40,000 nt of DNA. Source: Erwinia phage PhiEaH1. The stretch's first letter is position 1. Every line of letters starts with the position of its first letter. Under the pieces are notes generated by a model. That model was not told the DNA's origin, did not search any database, and saw only the letters and a program-made list of their open reading frames with translations. Of the stretch, positions 1-9,365 are shown piece after piece. The position numbers were made by a program, and so were the translations under genes. The stretch is taken from the sequence record KF623294.1; one strand, 5' to 3'.

Positions 1-113
1 CGCAAGTGCGTTTCCATGCGCAACCGGTGCATTTCTTTGGCGTCAATTTCCGCCTGCTTAATCAGGTCGTCGAGAGATTTCCTTAGCGGGTTAGGTTTGG
101 GTACTTTTGCCAT
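1..113 (-). CDS. Partial hypothetical protein running off the left edge (MAKVPKPNPLRKSLDDLIKQAEIDAKEMHRLRMETHLR...)
   Basis: Open reverse-strand frame from ATG at 113 to the window edge; not in the ORF track because it is truncated. Confidence 0.55.
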   Translation of the reverse strand, partial: MAKVPKPNPLRKSLDDLIKQAEIDAKEMHRLRMETHL

Positions 114-140
114 GTTCGGGTCCTCTAAGAAAGAAAAAAG

Positions 141-165
141 AAAGAGGGGCCGAAGCCCCTCTTTT
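141..165 (-). terminator. Rho-independent terminator, 10-bp stem with UUCG loop
   Basis: AAAGAGGGGC-CGAA-GCCCCTCTTT; reads C(UUCG)G plus T-run on the minus strand, just downstream of the 169..1527 gene. Confidence 0.85.
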
Positions 166-168
166 CTG

Positions 169-1527
169 TTAACGACGCCAGCCGCCGCGCCCACGGTCGC
201 GACTGCGGTCATCACGTACTGATTCACCCCAGTCACGGCTGATACCGGAAGAGGTGGTTTCACGTGCATCATCGCGTCCACGGCCGCGGTCATCTTCGCG
301 GTCACGGCTATAGCGGTCGTCACGGTCACGTTCACGACCACGGCGGTCGTCGTAATCATCACGGCTGCGGCCACGGTCACGGCTGTAACGACTGTCGCGG
401 TCATCCCGGTCGTCATCACGCCCACGTCCGCCCCAGTTACCACCACGTCCACCACGGTCATCGTCACGTTCGTCACGACGTCCGCCACCCCAAGAGGCAC
501 GGCGAGGTTCATCACGGCTACCACGATTGTCCGTATAACGGTTTCCGCCACGGCTGTGCTGGTCACGGAGTTCACGACGTTCTTCACGTCCTTTCTCTTT
601 GGCCAGACGGTCCTTCTCTTCCTTCAGCGTCCCTTCGTCCGCTTCCCCTTCGTTACCCGGCAGAGAGGATGGAATGTCTAAACGGTAATCGTTCAACATT
701 GACATCTCTTTCGTCCAGTTGGTCGGGATAATCCAGGCTTTCAGCGCCGGGTTATAGGACTCAAAGATTTTGAGCTGCGCGTTGATGTCTTTCGCCACAC
801 GGCTGTAGGCCATCATTAACGCATGGAAGTTTGGAGCCACCGGTGAATTCGACCCGTAGTTGTAATGCAGGTCGGCTTCGTCGATACCCGGCAGGATGTG
901 GCGAATCAGCTTGAAGAAAGCTTCTTTGTCAGAGACCCGTGCCAGGTTCTTACCGTAGATGGCTTTACCGCCGGTGTACTCTTCATCCATCACGGGGAAG
1001 GACACGGAACACAGGCGTGCCACTTCTTCACCTTTCCAGGTACCGTTACGACGCACGAACAGGTTGATGAGGGCTTTCTCCTCACCGTCCATGTTTTTCA
1101 ACAGAACGTCTTTGATACCTTTATAGGTGCGCTCGTCCGCATCTTCCATCAGACGCAGGAACCCTTTCTGTTCGGTGGTAACCTGAGAATGCTGCTCGGT
1201 TTCCGCCGCCAGTTTGCTCATGGTCAGAATCAGTTCAGTCAGTGCGCCGTTCAAATGGTGTTGTGCCATCTTCACGGTACGTTCATGAATCAGAGACTTC
1301 TTACGAATCAGGTTCTCACCCAGCGGATGGAATGCCCAGAAGTTATCCCAGTCTGGGTCTGCCAGGAACTCTTCGGTTGGGACACGCAGTTGCTTCCCTT
1401 CGATGGTGAAGGGGATGTTAACCCCCTCCTGTTTCAGCGTTACGAAGCCGGTGTCGTCAACTGACAGTCCAATGGCAGTAAGGACTTGACCGTAAAACTT
1501 CGAAATAGGTTTCTTTTTATCGGACAT
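169..1527 (-). CDS. Conserved phage protein with long RG/RD/SR-rich disordered C-terminus
   Basis: 452-aa ORF; ordered N-terminal part followed by about 120 residues such as GGGRRDERDDDRGGRGGNWGGRGRDDDRDDRDSRYSRDRGRSRDDYDDRRG. AAGGAAC-like SD upstream of ATG. Confidence 0.85.
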   Translation of the reverse strand: MSDKKKPISKFYGQVLTAIGLSVDDTGFVTLKQEGVNIPFTIEGKQLRVPTEEFLADPDWDNFWAFHPLGENLIRKKSLIHERTVKMAQHHLNGALTELILTMSKLAAETEQHSQVTTEQKGFLRLMEDADERTYKGIKDVLLKNMDGEEKALINLFVRRNGTWKGEEVARLCSVSFPVMDEEYTGGKAIYGKNLARVSDKEAFFKLIRHILPGIDEADLHYNYGSNSPVAPNFHALMMAYSRVAKDINAQLKIFESYNPALKAWIIPTNWTKEMSMLNDYRLDIPSSLPGNEGEADEGTLKEEKDRLAKEKGREERRELRDQHSRGGNRYTDNRGSRDEPRRASWGGGRRDERDDDRGGRGGNWGGRGRDDDRDDRDSRYSRDRGRSRDDYDDRRGRERDRDDRYSRDREDDRGRGRDDARETTSSGISRDWGESVRDDRSRDRGRGGWRR

Positions 1528-1541
1528 TTTCTACTGGTTCC

Positions 1542-3074
1542 TTATAAATCGAGCAGGAAGCGTGACGCAGACGTTTCTTCACGACGGGTGTCGCGGCTAC
1601 GGCTGTTATGGTCAATCGCGGCGGTAATCAGGTCGTCCATGTCGTTCACGATGTTTTGCAGGACACTACTGTCATTTGCTTTCATCGGAGACAACAGACC
1701 ATCACAGAAGACCGGTGAGTTAAACGGTTCCATTGGACTACCGTCAACGGAGATTTTAATCAGCATGTCAGTAGTAACACGGATGTTCACGGACATGTTG
1801 AACGGCAGCTGGTTGTTACGAGACAACAGTAGACCCAGGTCGGTTTCCAGGCGCAGTTCCAACGCCTGTTCGTAACGGGAGATATCCATGTCACGAATCA
1901 GCGGCATTGCGTTGATAACGCTGCAACGAATTTGACCGTCGAGAGTTTCGTTGGTCATTTCGATGATGGCAGACGAGATGAAGTTGTTCATGACCAGAGC
2001 AGGTAAGGTCTTTGAAATCATCTCAGCGGCCATGGTCACGTTGTTCGCGCCACGCCATTCGTTGGTATCACCACGACGAACACGGTTGGTGTCGGTATGA
2101 CGAGCAGAGCCGAAGCCTACCATCATTGCCCGTACATCACGCGGCCAGTCAACACAGTCCTGGAATTCAGAGAATGTGATTTCGGCATTGCGTTCGTATT
2201 CGGTACGAGACAGGAAGTTACGGAACAGTTCATTACGGTGCAACTCGGTCCCACGCAACATCGCTGCTGCACGTTCGCTCGGGTTGAGGTCGTCCTGACG
2301 TTCCATTTCTTCGTCCATACGGTTATCGTCAGAATGACGGGTACCGCGTTCGTTCTGGTCAACGGTTTCTGCCGTTACACCGGTACGAATGATATCGGAC
2401 AGGTAGTTCGCTGGGTTGTTGTGGATACGGCGGGCTGTCTTAAAATCACCGGACAGGTTCGTACGGGAATCGTTGTACGCATCAGCGCCACCGAAACGTC
2501 CCACGGTTTGTGCTTCGGACTTCTGGAAGAAGATGTCCTGTGGACGAATCAGAGTATCATGGTTCTGTACGCCAATGAGGTTACGTTCCGTTGCACGACG
2601 GCCACGGATAATGTACTCACTGGATTCCATACGGCTACCACGACGACGGCCGCGACCCGTTTCAATTTCTTCATCACGGATGGTGAACGTGTTGTTGATG
2701 TACAGTACGGTATCCGGGTCCATCTCGCCAGACAACGACAGGTCAGCTTTGTCAGTAAAGCCGGTCAGTACCTGGCGGCAGGAAGACCCTGCGTAGTCTT
2801 CGGTCAGGACCACGATGATGAACGCCAGACGTTCTTCATCCCAACCGTTGGCAATCTGGATAATGTCATTACGACCCACATCGGCACGCAGTTCCAGGAT
2901 TTCACCTACGGCACGGGCGCAGGTGGAGGCATCCAGATTACGTCCGTCATTGGTTTCACGCAGGAAGGTTTCACGTACATGGTCAGAACGACGGTTCGGG
3001 ACGTAGTGACGACCGTACTGGTCTTCTTGACCGGAAGTTACGTAGAAGGTTGCTTCGAGTACACGCGGTTCCAT
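1542..3074 (-). CDS. Conserved large phage protein of unknown function (510 aa), contains GRGRRRGSR tract
   Basis: Long ORF with intact neighbouring gene order; no recognised domain by eye. Confidence 0.8.
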   Translation of the reverse strand: MEPRVLEATFYVTSGQEDQYGRHYVPNRRSDHVRETFLRETNDGRNLDASTCARAVGEILELRADVGRNDIIQIANGWDEERLAFIIVVLTEDYAGSSCRQVLTGFTDKADLSLSGEMDPDTVLYINNTFTIRDEEIETGRGRRRGSRMESSEYIIRGRRATERNLIGVQNHDTLIRPQDIFFQKSEAQTVGRFGGADAYNDSRTNLSGDFKTARRIHNNPANYLSDIIRTGVTAETVDQNERGTRHSDDNRMDEEMERQDDLNPSERAAAMLRGTELHRNELFRNFLSRTEYERNAEITFSEFQDCVDWPRDVRAMMVGFGSARHTDTNRVRRGDTNEWRGANNVTMAAEMISKTLPALVMNNFISSAIIEMTNETLDGQIRCSVINAMPLIRDMDISRYEQALELRLETDLGLLLSRNNQLPFNMSVNIRVTTDMLIKISVDGSPMEPFNSPVFCDGLLSPMKANDSSVLQNIVNDMDDLITAAIDHNSRSRDTRREETSASRFLLDL

Positions 3075-3089
3075 TTATAGGCCTCGTTA

Positions 3090-4637
3090 TTAGGAATTGA
3101 GTTTAATGTAAAAGTCTGCTAACACCTGGCGGAAATTCATCGGCACGATGTAGCAACTGTCTTCGACGCGAATCATCTCTGATTCATCGTGGATAGCATC
3201 AACAACTTGTGGTGACCAGCAGTGGTCTGAGCACGCCGCCATGATTGCTTCAATTGCAATCACCGCCGGGTTCTTAGACGTGGTGCGGTTACCTTGTTTG
3301 TTCAGCTTCACGGTACGTCGATAAGGGAGCAACTTCTCCAGCGCCGAGTTCTGGTAATCTTTGGTTTGAACACGGCCGAATTTGTTGTCCCCTAGAGAGG
3401 GGTCACGGCGTCGAGCTTCGCTTGCGCCAATCAATTCTGCGATGGTGGAGAATCCCCACTCATGACAGACGACCTGTGCAATCGACATCAGCTTGACCGT
3501 GCCATCTCGGTTGATGTATCCGTAAGAACGTGGCGTAACGACCGGCTTGGTGATTAACCCTGCCAGACGCATCTGAAACTCTTTCGGGTTGAAAGACTTC
3601 CTTGCCATGTTCATGTTGATTTGATGACGCACCATCTCCAGGTCAATGTCCGGCTTTATCGCCAGTGCATTCGCCCTGTCGTCTTCTGTATAGAAGTCGA
3701 AGATGGCTTCTGTTACCTCCGAAACGTTAGCACGTAATGTATGGTTCTCCGCTGTGGATGTATTGTCCTCTTCGTTTTTGCCACCACGGTCTATCTCTTT
3801 ATCGCGGACACGGAACCCCTGGCGTTCTTCTACGGCTTTGACACGCGTGTCAATGTAGTTGAACAAGTTCGCAATGACGTTCCCCGTCTTCTCCTGGTCA
3901 TCGTCTTTGTGCGACAGACGAATCTGGGTCAAACGGTCAACAACGCATTGACTGAACATCCAGTCTGGCATGTCCAACGTCCCAATCCCTTGCAGTAACG
4001 TACTGGTGCCGGAAATGATTCCTTTGTGCTCCAACGTTGCACTCACGAATTCTTCCAGACGCTGATAAGCATTGCTCTCAGCCAGTACCGTTTGTTCCAC
4101 TAACCCCAACGCCCGTTTCTCTGGGAACGTATCGGTTATTGAGTTACGCATCCCGAGGTATTCCCCCCAGATAGGTAACATCACTTTCAGTACCACCGAC
4201 AATGCTGTCAAGTCATGGTACTCAGGTTCCAGGTAGGTTTGCTCCACCCGGTGTCCATCGTTTAGGGTGGTCGCCAACGTATCCGGGAAACGGATGTCGC
4301 TGTGCGTTTTCACCCAATGGCACATCAGGTCAACCGGATGCAATGCCATTAATTTTTTCACCACGTCCCGTACTTCACGGAAGCGGTATGTTTGGTTAAT
4401 CGTGTTATTCAACGATTCTGCTGCTTCCTTAAACAACGCAAAGACTTCACGGGTTTCATCATCCCCCATCTTCTCACGCCATTCCCAATAATTGTTAATG
4501 TCGCGGAAAGTATCGTTGATGTCGCCTGCCCGGATTTTCGAATAGTACCCAAGGTTGTAAACAATCTGTTCACTCCCATGCTCGATTATAACCGCTTTGG
4601 TTTCACCGAGCAGCTCAACATCAGAGCGGATTCTCAT
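3090..4637 (-). CDS. Conserved jumbo-phage protein of unknown function, about 515 aa
   Basis: ORF track 3090..4643; likely start is ATG at 4637 because AAGGAG lies upstream (AAGGAGAAGTGTCAATG). Confidence 0.8.
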   Translation of the reverse strand: MRIRSDVELLGETKAVIIEHGSEQIVYNLGYYSKIRAGDINDTFRDINNYWEWREKMGDDETREVFALFKEAAESLNNTINQTYRFREVRDVVKKLMALHPVDLMCHWVKTHSDIRFPDTLATTLNDGHRVEQTYLEPEYHDLTALSVVLKVMLPIWGEYLGMRNSITDTFPEKRALGLVEQTVLAESNAYQRLEEFVSATLEHKGIISGTSTLLQGIGTLDMPDWMFSQCVVDRLTQIRLSHKDDDQEKTGNVIANLFNYIDTRVKAVEERQGFRVRDKEIDRGGKNEEDNTSTAENHTLRANVSEVTEAIFDFYTEDDRANALAIKPDIDLEMVRHQINMNMARKSFNPKEFQMRLAGLITKPVVTPRSYGYINRDGTVKLMSIAQVVCHEWGFSTIAELIGASEARRRDPSLGDNKFGRVQTKDYQNSALEKLLPYRRTVKLNKQGNRTTSKNPAVIAIEAIMAACSDHCWSPQVVDAIHDESEMIRVEDSCYIVPMNFRQVLADFYIKLNS

Positions 4638-4693
4638 TGACACTTCTCCTTAAAAAGTATAACCATTGTCAATAAAGCCAATGCTTCACTTAG

Positions 4694-4703
4694 GTAATAT
4701 ATA
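4694..4703 (-). promoter_or_regulatory. AT-rich promoter-like element TATATATTAC
   Basis: Minus-strand GAGTATATATTACC about 57 nt upstream of the 4637 start codon; contains TATATTAC. Confidence 0.4.
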
Positions 4704-4730
4704 CTCGAGTCTTTTTAAGATTCGGAATAA

Positions 4731-4756
4731 ACCGTCGCGGCCTTAGCCGCGACGGT
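4731..4756 (-). terminator. Strong hairpin terminator, 11-bp perfect stem
   Basis: ACCGTCGCGGC-CTTA-GCCGCGACGGT followed by TTTATT on the minus strand, 3' of the SSB-like gene. Confidence 0.8.
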
Positions 4757-4797
4757 CATCGCTGTGCTGTCTTTGCTACATGCTCAGACGAAGGGAA

Positions 4798-5577
4798 TCA
4801 GAACGGGATGTCGGAATCGAAATCGCCGCCAGTGGCGCTACCACCACCAGTTTCGCCGCCCCATCCGCCGCCTGTAGCCTGCTGTTGAGGAGCTTGTTGT
4901 TGCTGGTTCTGTTGAGGTTTGCCCCAACCGCCGCCGCCCTGGCCGCCGTTCCCACCACCGTTCCGGCCGGAGAAGGCATTCTTGCGTTTGTTCTCTGAGG
5001 CAATCTTTACCTCATCGCGGTCCATGTAACCGGCGTCAATCAGACGGAAGAACTGACGTTCGAAGATTTTCGCTTTCGCACGTGCCACCAACATGGAGGC
5101 CTCGTTGTTCGGCAGGATAGAACCGTCTTTCGCCTGGTAGACAACGTCACGACCCGGCTTGAAGTAGAACTTCACGCTTGGACGACCCTGTTGCGCCAGA
5201 CCGAAGAACACGCCATCGTTGTCACGCATGATAACCAGTGACACGTCCAGCTCTTTCTTATCCAGCTTCTTACCGAACTTCCACAGCACCATGTTACCCA
5301 CTTTGAAGAAATCACGGGTACCAGAGGCAATGGCGTGGAGCTCGTCCAGAATAATCTGGAGGTTTTCCGGGTCGGTATAGAAGTCGATGCGACTGTTTTT
5401 ATCATCGGTACGCAGGTTAACACCGATGTGCGGGATAGCCACTTTACCGTTTTCTTCGTAACGGAAGTCCCAGAACATGAACGGTTGTTTGTCACCGCCA
5501 TTCAGGGGGTCCGCGAACAGACGCATGTTCCAGTCATCCAGTAAACGCGTCGGTCGGTTCAGCTTGTTATCAGCCAT
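4798..5577 (-). CDS. Putative single-stranded DNA-binding protein
   Basis: Gly/Gln-rich C-terminal linker (GGNGGQGGGGWGKPQQNQQQQ...) ending in acidic tip DFDSDIPF, the SSB protein-interaction tail signature. Confidence 0.75.
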   Translation of the reverse strand: MADNKLNRPTRLLDDWNMRLFADPLNGGDKQPFMFWDFRYEENGKVAIPHIGVNLRTDDKNSRIDFYTDPENLQIILDELHAIASGTRDFFKVGNMVLWKFGKKLDKKELDVSLVIMRDNDGVFFGLAQQGRPSVKFYFKPGRDVVYQAKDGSILPNNEASMLVARAKAKIFERQFFRLIDAGYMDRDEVKIASENKRKNAFSGRNGGGNGGQGGGGWGKPQQNQQQQAPQQQATGGGWGGETGGGSATGGDFDSDIPF

Positions 5578-5645
5578 TGTTCATTCGCCTTCTTAGGTTT
5601 TGATAAGGGGTCCACATTAGATAAGACCCGTTCGTAAAAAATGTC

Positions 5646-6506
5646 TCACAGCAGGCGCTGGAGCTGCTTCGCCAGGAATTGGTCCTTCATTCCCTTCAAG
5701 TTATACTTGATTTTTTCCATGGTGGTAACCGGGGTCCACTTGGCCGAGGTGGCCACTTCGAGCAGTTCACGTCGGGCTTTAATTGCCCAACGATTGAAGT
5801 GAACCCCACCGTCACCAAACACCTGGATGGTAAAGTAGTTGAAAGGAACAATCTTCATCTCTTTACCTTCCGTCAGTTTGGTGGACCACTGACTTTTGGA
5901 CTTGATGGCACCGGTATGGGATTCCAGCAAACGCAACTGGTTAAACTTGGTGCGGGAGAGCAGGTCAACCGGACAATGGGTAATAATCAGCGACTTGGTC
6001 TGTTCACCCCGAAGTTCGCTTCCTTTATCCTGTTCGATTAACGTGTCCGCATCTTCCATTAACACGTAGTCCAGTGTGCGTTCCATCAGGTCGGCGTACT
6101 GCTGTTGCAACGGGGTTGTTGGAACACGCAGAATCGCCATTGGGTACTTCTTGGCGAGGTCTTTGTACCCCAAGTGGTACACACGTACCCCTTTCAACTT
6201 ACCGTCCAGGAAGCCGCGTATCTGTTGCAGTTCTTCCTTCATGGTGTCCGCCATCGCCTTACAGATTTGACGATAGTGGGCATCCATTTGTGCAGGGGAC
6301 GGTGGTTTAATCATCCGTTCCCGGTCTTCGCGTTCAATGGCGTCGTAGATGTTACGCCACAGCGTACGAATGTTAATCCACAGCGTATCGTACTTCTCAT
6401 ACACCGCAGGTTCTTTCAATGCTTCGATGGCCATGGACGTGCCGATGGATAACGGAAGTTCACCGGTAGCACGCTTGGCCAATATGTCATACGGGTCTGC
6501 TGCCAT
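5646..6506 (-). CDS. Conserved phage hypothetical protein (286 aa)
   Basis: ORF in a leftward gene block between the SSB-like and phosphoesterase genes. Confidence 0.75.
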   Translation of the reverse strand: MAADPYDILAKRATGELPLSIGTSMAIEALKEPAVYEKYDTLWINIRTLWRNIYDAIEREDRERMIKPPSPAQMDAHYRQICKAMADTMKEELQQIRGFLDGKLKGVRVYHLGYKDLAKKYPMAILRVPTTPLQQQYADLMERTLDYVLMEDADTLIEQDKGSELRGEQTKSLIITHCPVDLLSRTKFNQLRLLESHTGAIKSKSQWSTKLTEGKEMKIVPFNYFTIQVFGDGGVHFNRWAIKARRELLEVATSAKWTPVTTMEKIKYNLKGMKDQFLAKQLQRLL

Positions 6507-6570
6507 GTCGTCGCTCCTTTAGATAGATGGGTTAAGAACTGCTACAGGGGACCCACCCCTGTAGCAGTCG

Positions 6571-7716
6571 TCAGTGCATTACGCCGCGGACCAGGTTCAC
6601 CGCGTGATTGATTCGTCCAGAAGCTTCTCCGGTACTTTGCAGGTGCTCGGTCAACAACCCGACCAGGTTCTCTTCCGTGAGCGGGGTAACCGCATTGCCC
6701 ACGTTCAACAACTTGAAACCGGTGTTAACCTTGTTGTCTTTTTTACCGCCCTTCTCTATCGACGTTAAGATGTAATCCTGGTACAAGTCCTGGAGTTCTT
6801 CGAGAATCGCCCGCATGGGGTCAGTGGCTCCGTGCTCCAGTCGGATAGCACTCCCTTTCGGTAAGTTCTGTCCTTCAATTAACTGGGCAATGTCCGTGAC
6901 AGTAAAGTCATAGACTGCGAGGGTCACGTACTTTTTCGCCAGCTGATTCTCAATAAACCGGAACTCGTGCTCCACTTTATTTCGGTAGGTAATGTCCAGG
7001 AACCCTTTTGCTTCTTCTTCTCCGTGCCCACAACGGTTCGTTGAACCGATGGAGATGTGTTTCAGAAAACGCGAGAAGGTATGGACATGCCCGGAAAGGA
7101 TTGCCATCGTTACCAGTTCAGACCATTTCTCTGCATCGTGATACGCAGGGGACTGGTGTCCTTGCAACTGGTGTAACCATGCCCCGTGCATAATAGACAG
7201 GTCAGCTTTAGCCAGGCCACGCGAATGCAACAGCTCTTTCGCTTGCTGATAAGTCTGTTCGGCTTCGGGGTGGTACTCATCAGGAATGTACAACACGTTC
7301 AGGTCGTACTCTTCCATGTAGTCCAGCGTCATGGTGGTGAAGTACTTTACATCACAGTTTGTTTCCATGGCTTCGTTCAACCAAAGGAAATGCTTTGACT
7401 GTCCGCGGTCATGGGAGCGCGTGCCTTCCAGGATACGCAGTTTGATGTTGTACTTTGCACACACACGCAGGACGTGCGCCATGGCCATCTGCGCCGCGTA
7501 GACGTCTTCGTCTGACATGGTAAGCAAATGGTCAAAGAAGTCGCCAGGGATGAAACAGATGTCGTACACGGCGGTTTCGGGGCTATCCGGGAAATACCGG
7601 CGAACCGCAGCTAACGTTGACAGGGATGGCGTACGATTGTGCCCGAAATGTGGGTCACTGAACACAAAGATACGCAACCACTCAGAAATCGTCTTCAACA
7701 AAGTCGACGTCGCCAA
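6571..7716 (-). CDS. SbcD/Mre11-like calcineurin-type metallophosphoesterase
   Basis: Motifs FSDPHFGHN (DxH), PGDFFDH (GDxxD), EGTRSHD (variant GNHD) and LSGHVHT (GHxH). Confidence 0.75.
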   Translation of the reverse strand: MATSTLLKTISEWLRIFVFSDPHFGHNRTPSLSTLAAVRRYFPDSPETAVYDICFIPGDFFDHLLTMSDEDVYAAQMAMAHVLRVCAKYNIKLRILEGTRSHDRGQSKHFLWLNEAMETNCDVKYFTTMTLDYMEEYDLNVLYIPDEYHPEAEQTYQQAKELLHSRGLAKADLSIMHGAWLHQLQGHQSPAYHDAEKWSELVTMAILSGHVHTFSRFLKHISIGSTNRCGHGEEEAKGFLDITYRNKVEHEFRFIENQLAKKYVTLAVYDFTVTDIAQLIEGQNLPKGSAIRLEHGATDPMRAILEELQDLYQDYILTSIEKGGKKDNKVNTGFKLLNVGNAVTPLTEENLVGLLTEHLQSTGEASGRINHAVNLVRGVMH

Positions 7717-8278
7717 TTTCGAAATCCTCAGTCGCGTTAACTACCGTAACCCCTTTACTGCCCGGACCGAGTATCCCCGTCTTTGGTTTCCCGTCAAGGT
7801 AACCAAAGTCTTTCAGGATTTTGTACCAGTCCAATGCCCATTGTTTCTGCTGCGCATCACTTTGGGAGAGATTATTGAACATCTCTTTCTGCGCACGGAT
7901 ACCGAATGACACCAGGCGGTTCATCTGCGCTTGCATCATACGGGTACGGGATTCGATTGAATGGGGGTTCCCTGTCTGACGCGTCTGTACCGTACCGGTA
8001 ATGGGTGGCACGGTATACAGGTGGTTACCGGCTTTGTCCACAATCAATACTGGGCGGCGGGCGTTCTTTGACACTTCCGCTTCCCACATACGCAGGGCAG
8101 CCACCGAATCTTTCGAATCCAGGTCACCGGCGAGGTATGGAAGATAACGAGCACGGAAGATGTCGATGTCGAGTTTGGGTAACTCTTCCATCGTGTACTC
8201 GGTAAGGATATAGTCAAGGAATGACGTATCCTCAGGTTCTAAGGGAGGCGTCAGTTCCACTTCTTCGGGTTCAGTCAT
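7682..8278 (-). CDS. Hypothetical protein (198 aa) with acidic C-terminus
   Basis: ORF in a leftward block; overlaps the phosphoesterase start by about 35 nt. Confidence 0.7.
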   Translation of the reverse strand: MTEPEEVELTPPLEPEDTSFLDYILTEYTMEELPKLDIDIFRARYLPYLAGDLDSKDSVAALRMWEAEVSKNARRPVLIVDKAGNHLYTVPPITGTVQTRQTGNPHSIESRTRMMQAQMNRLVSFGIRAQKEMFNNLSQSDAQQKQWALDWYKILKDFGYLDGKPKTGILGPGSKGVTVVNATEDFEIGDVDFVEDDF

Positions 8279-8672
8279 CGCCGTTCGTCCTCTTTATAGT
8301 TTTCACGAAGGCACCGTTTCGGGATTGCACTTCATGGCCGACGTTAAAGTTCACACCATTGTACTTTCCCGTAATTTCTAACACGATGGTACAAATCCCG
8401 GTGGCCGTGTCTTCCTCTACGGAACAGGTGGCGTCAGCGGTTCCAAAGACACGGGTGAACAAATCCTTGTACATCTGTTCGACAGCGGCAGCCAGTTGCT
8501 CGGGTTTGTTGTTGAAGTCTTTCATCAACGTATCAAGTGCGGCCACTTTACCGAAGTAGATTTCGCTGTAACGGTTTCGGGCAAAGATAGAGGCGGCAAA
8601 GACCTCGTCACAGATGGTCCCGATATCGGTGGCATAGCCATTACCGTTCAGGGTAGGGAAGACAATAGACAT
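8271..8672 (-). CDS. Hypothetical protein, likely start MSIVFPTLNGNGYATDIG...
   Basis: ORF track 8271..8699; the internal Met start avoids the terminator side and is preceded by an AGGAT-like SD. Confidence 0.6.
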   Translation of the reverse strand: MSIVFPTLNGNGYATDIGTICDEVFAASIFARNRYSEIYFGKVAALDTLMKDFNNKPEQLAAAVEQMYKDLFTRVFGTADATCSVEEDTATGICTIVLEITGKYNGVNFNVGHEVQSRNGAFVKTIKRTNGDD

Positions 8673-8705
8673 GGGTAAATCCTCGCAGCTGAGATACAAA
8701 AAAAG

Positions 8706-8725
8706 AAGGGGACCGAAGTCCCCTT
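8706..8725 (-). terminator. Terminator with UUCG loop
   Basis: AAGGGGAC-CGAA-GTCCCCTT followed by a T-rich run on the minus strand. Confidence 0.75.
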
Positions 8726-8729
8726 GCTT

Positions 8730-9365
8730 TTAGAGTTTTTCCAGGAATCGACTGGTTGGGTCGATACCATCGTCGAGTGCTGCATCCACCAACGCATGGG
8801 TTGCCAAGAGGTCAAGTTGCTGTTCAATGAACAGTTCCTCTTCGCCTTCCACGGTATGGGCACCAATCTCGTACTCTGTTACCCAACGCACGGTCTCGTC
8901 TTCTTGCTCTTCCGGTCTGGCTACGCCATTCTGGATAGCTTTCCAATACGGGTCCGGTGCATTCATTGGGGTCACATCAAATACCCCAGGTTTAGCACCC
9001 CAGGCCTCAATTGACTGCGAATGGTAGCGCGTACGTAAGCGCGGGTTAGCCAGAAGCCAGCGGCGCATGGTATCCGGTGCCATGGAGATTTCACTGTAAT
9101 CATCCAGGTACTGAATTACGTTATCGCGATACAGACCTCGCTTCGACGTGTTTAGCGCGTGTAAGGCGCGACGCACCGATGGGTCAAAGAGTCGGGTTAA
9201 CGTGTCACGTGTCCGCTCCAGATACCCAACCGCGCGGTCAGACAAGTTTCTACTGTACTCTTCAAGACGTCGATAACCTTCTTCCAGATTACGGCGGTCG
9301 GGGATACCGAATGCCGAGGCCTGAAAGACGGTGTCATCTCCGTCAACAAAGTGAAATTTTACCAC
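8730..9365 (-). CDS. Conserved hypothetical protein (211 aa)
   Basis: ORF tightly coupled to the downstream end of the RNAP beta' gene. Confidence 0.75.
   Translation of the reverse strand: MVKFHFVDGDDTVFQASAFGIPDRRNLEEGYRRLEEYSRNLSDRAVGYLERTRDTLTRLFDPSVRRALHALNTSKRGLYRDNVIQYLDDYSEISMAPDTMRRWLLANPRLRTRYHSQSIEAWGAKPGVFDVTPMNAPDPYWKAIQNGVARPEEQEDETVRWVTEYEIGAHTVEGEEELFIEQQLDLLATHALVDAALDDGIDPTSRFLEKL

Noticed and set aside
264-731. Forward His/Gly-rich ORF (MHHRVHGRGHLRGHG...)
   Set aside because: Exact antisense of the RG/RD repeat tail of the 452-aa gene; composition is a mirror artefact.
865-1464. Forward 199-aa ORF
   Set aside because: Antisense to a well-supported reverse gene; third-position complementarity explains the long open frame.
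2815-3006. Reverse ORF inside the 510-aa gene
   Set aside because: Same-strand alternate frame inside a better ORF; no signal.
2097-3080. Forward 327-aa ORF
   Set aside because: Antisense of the 510-aa gene; no domain or supporting neighbour.
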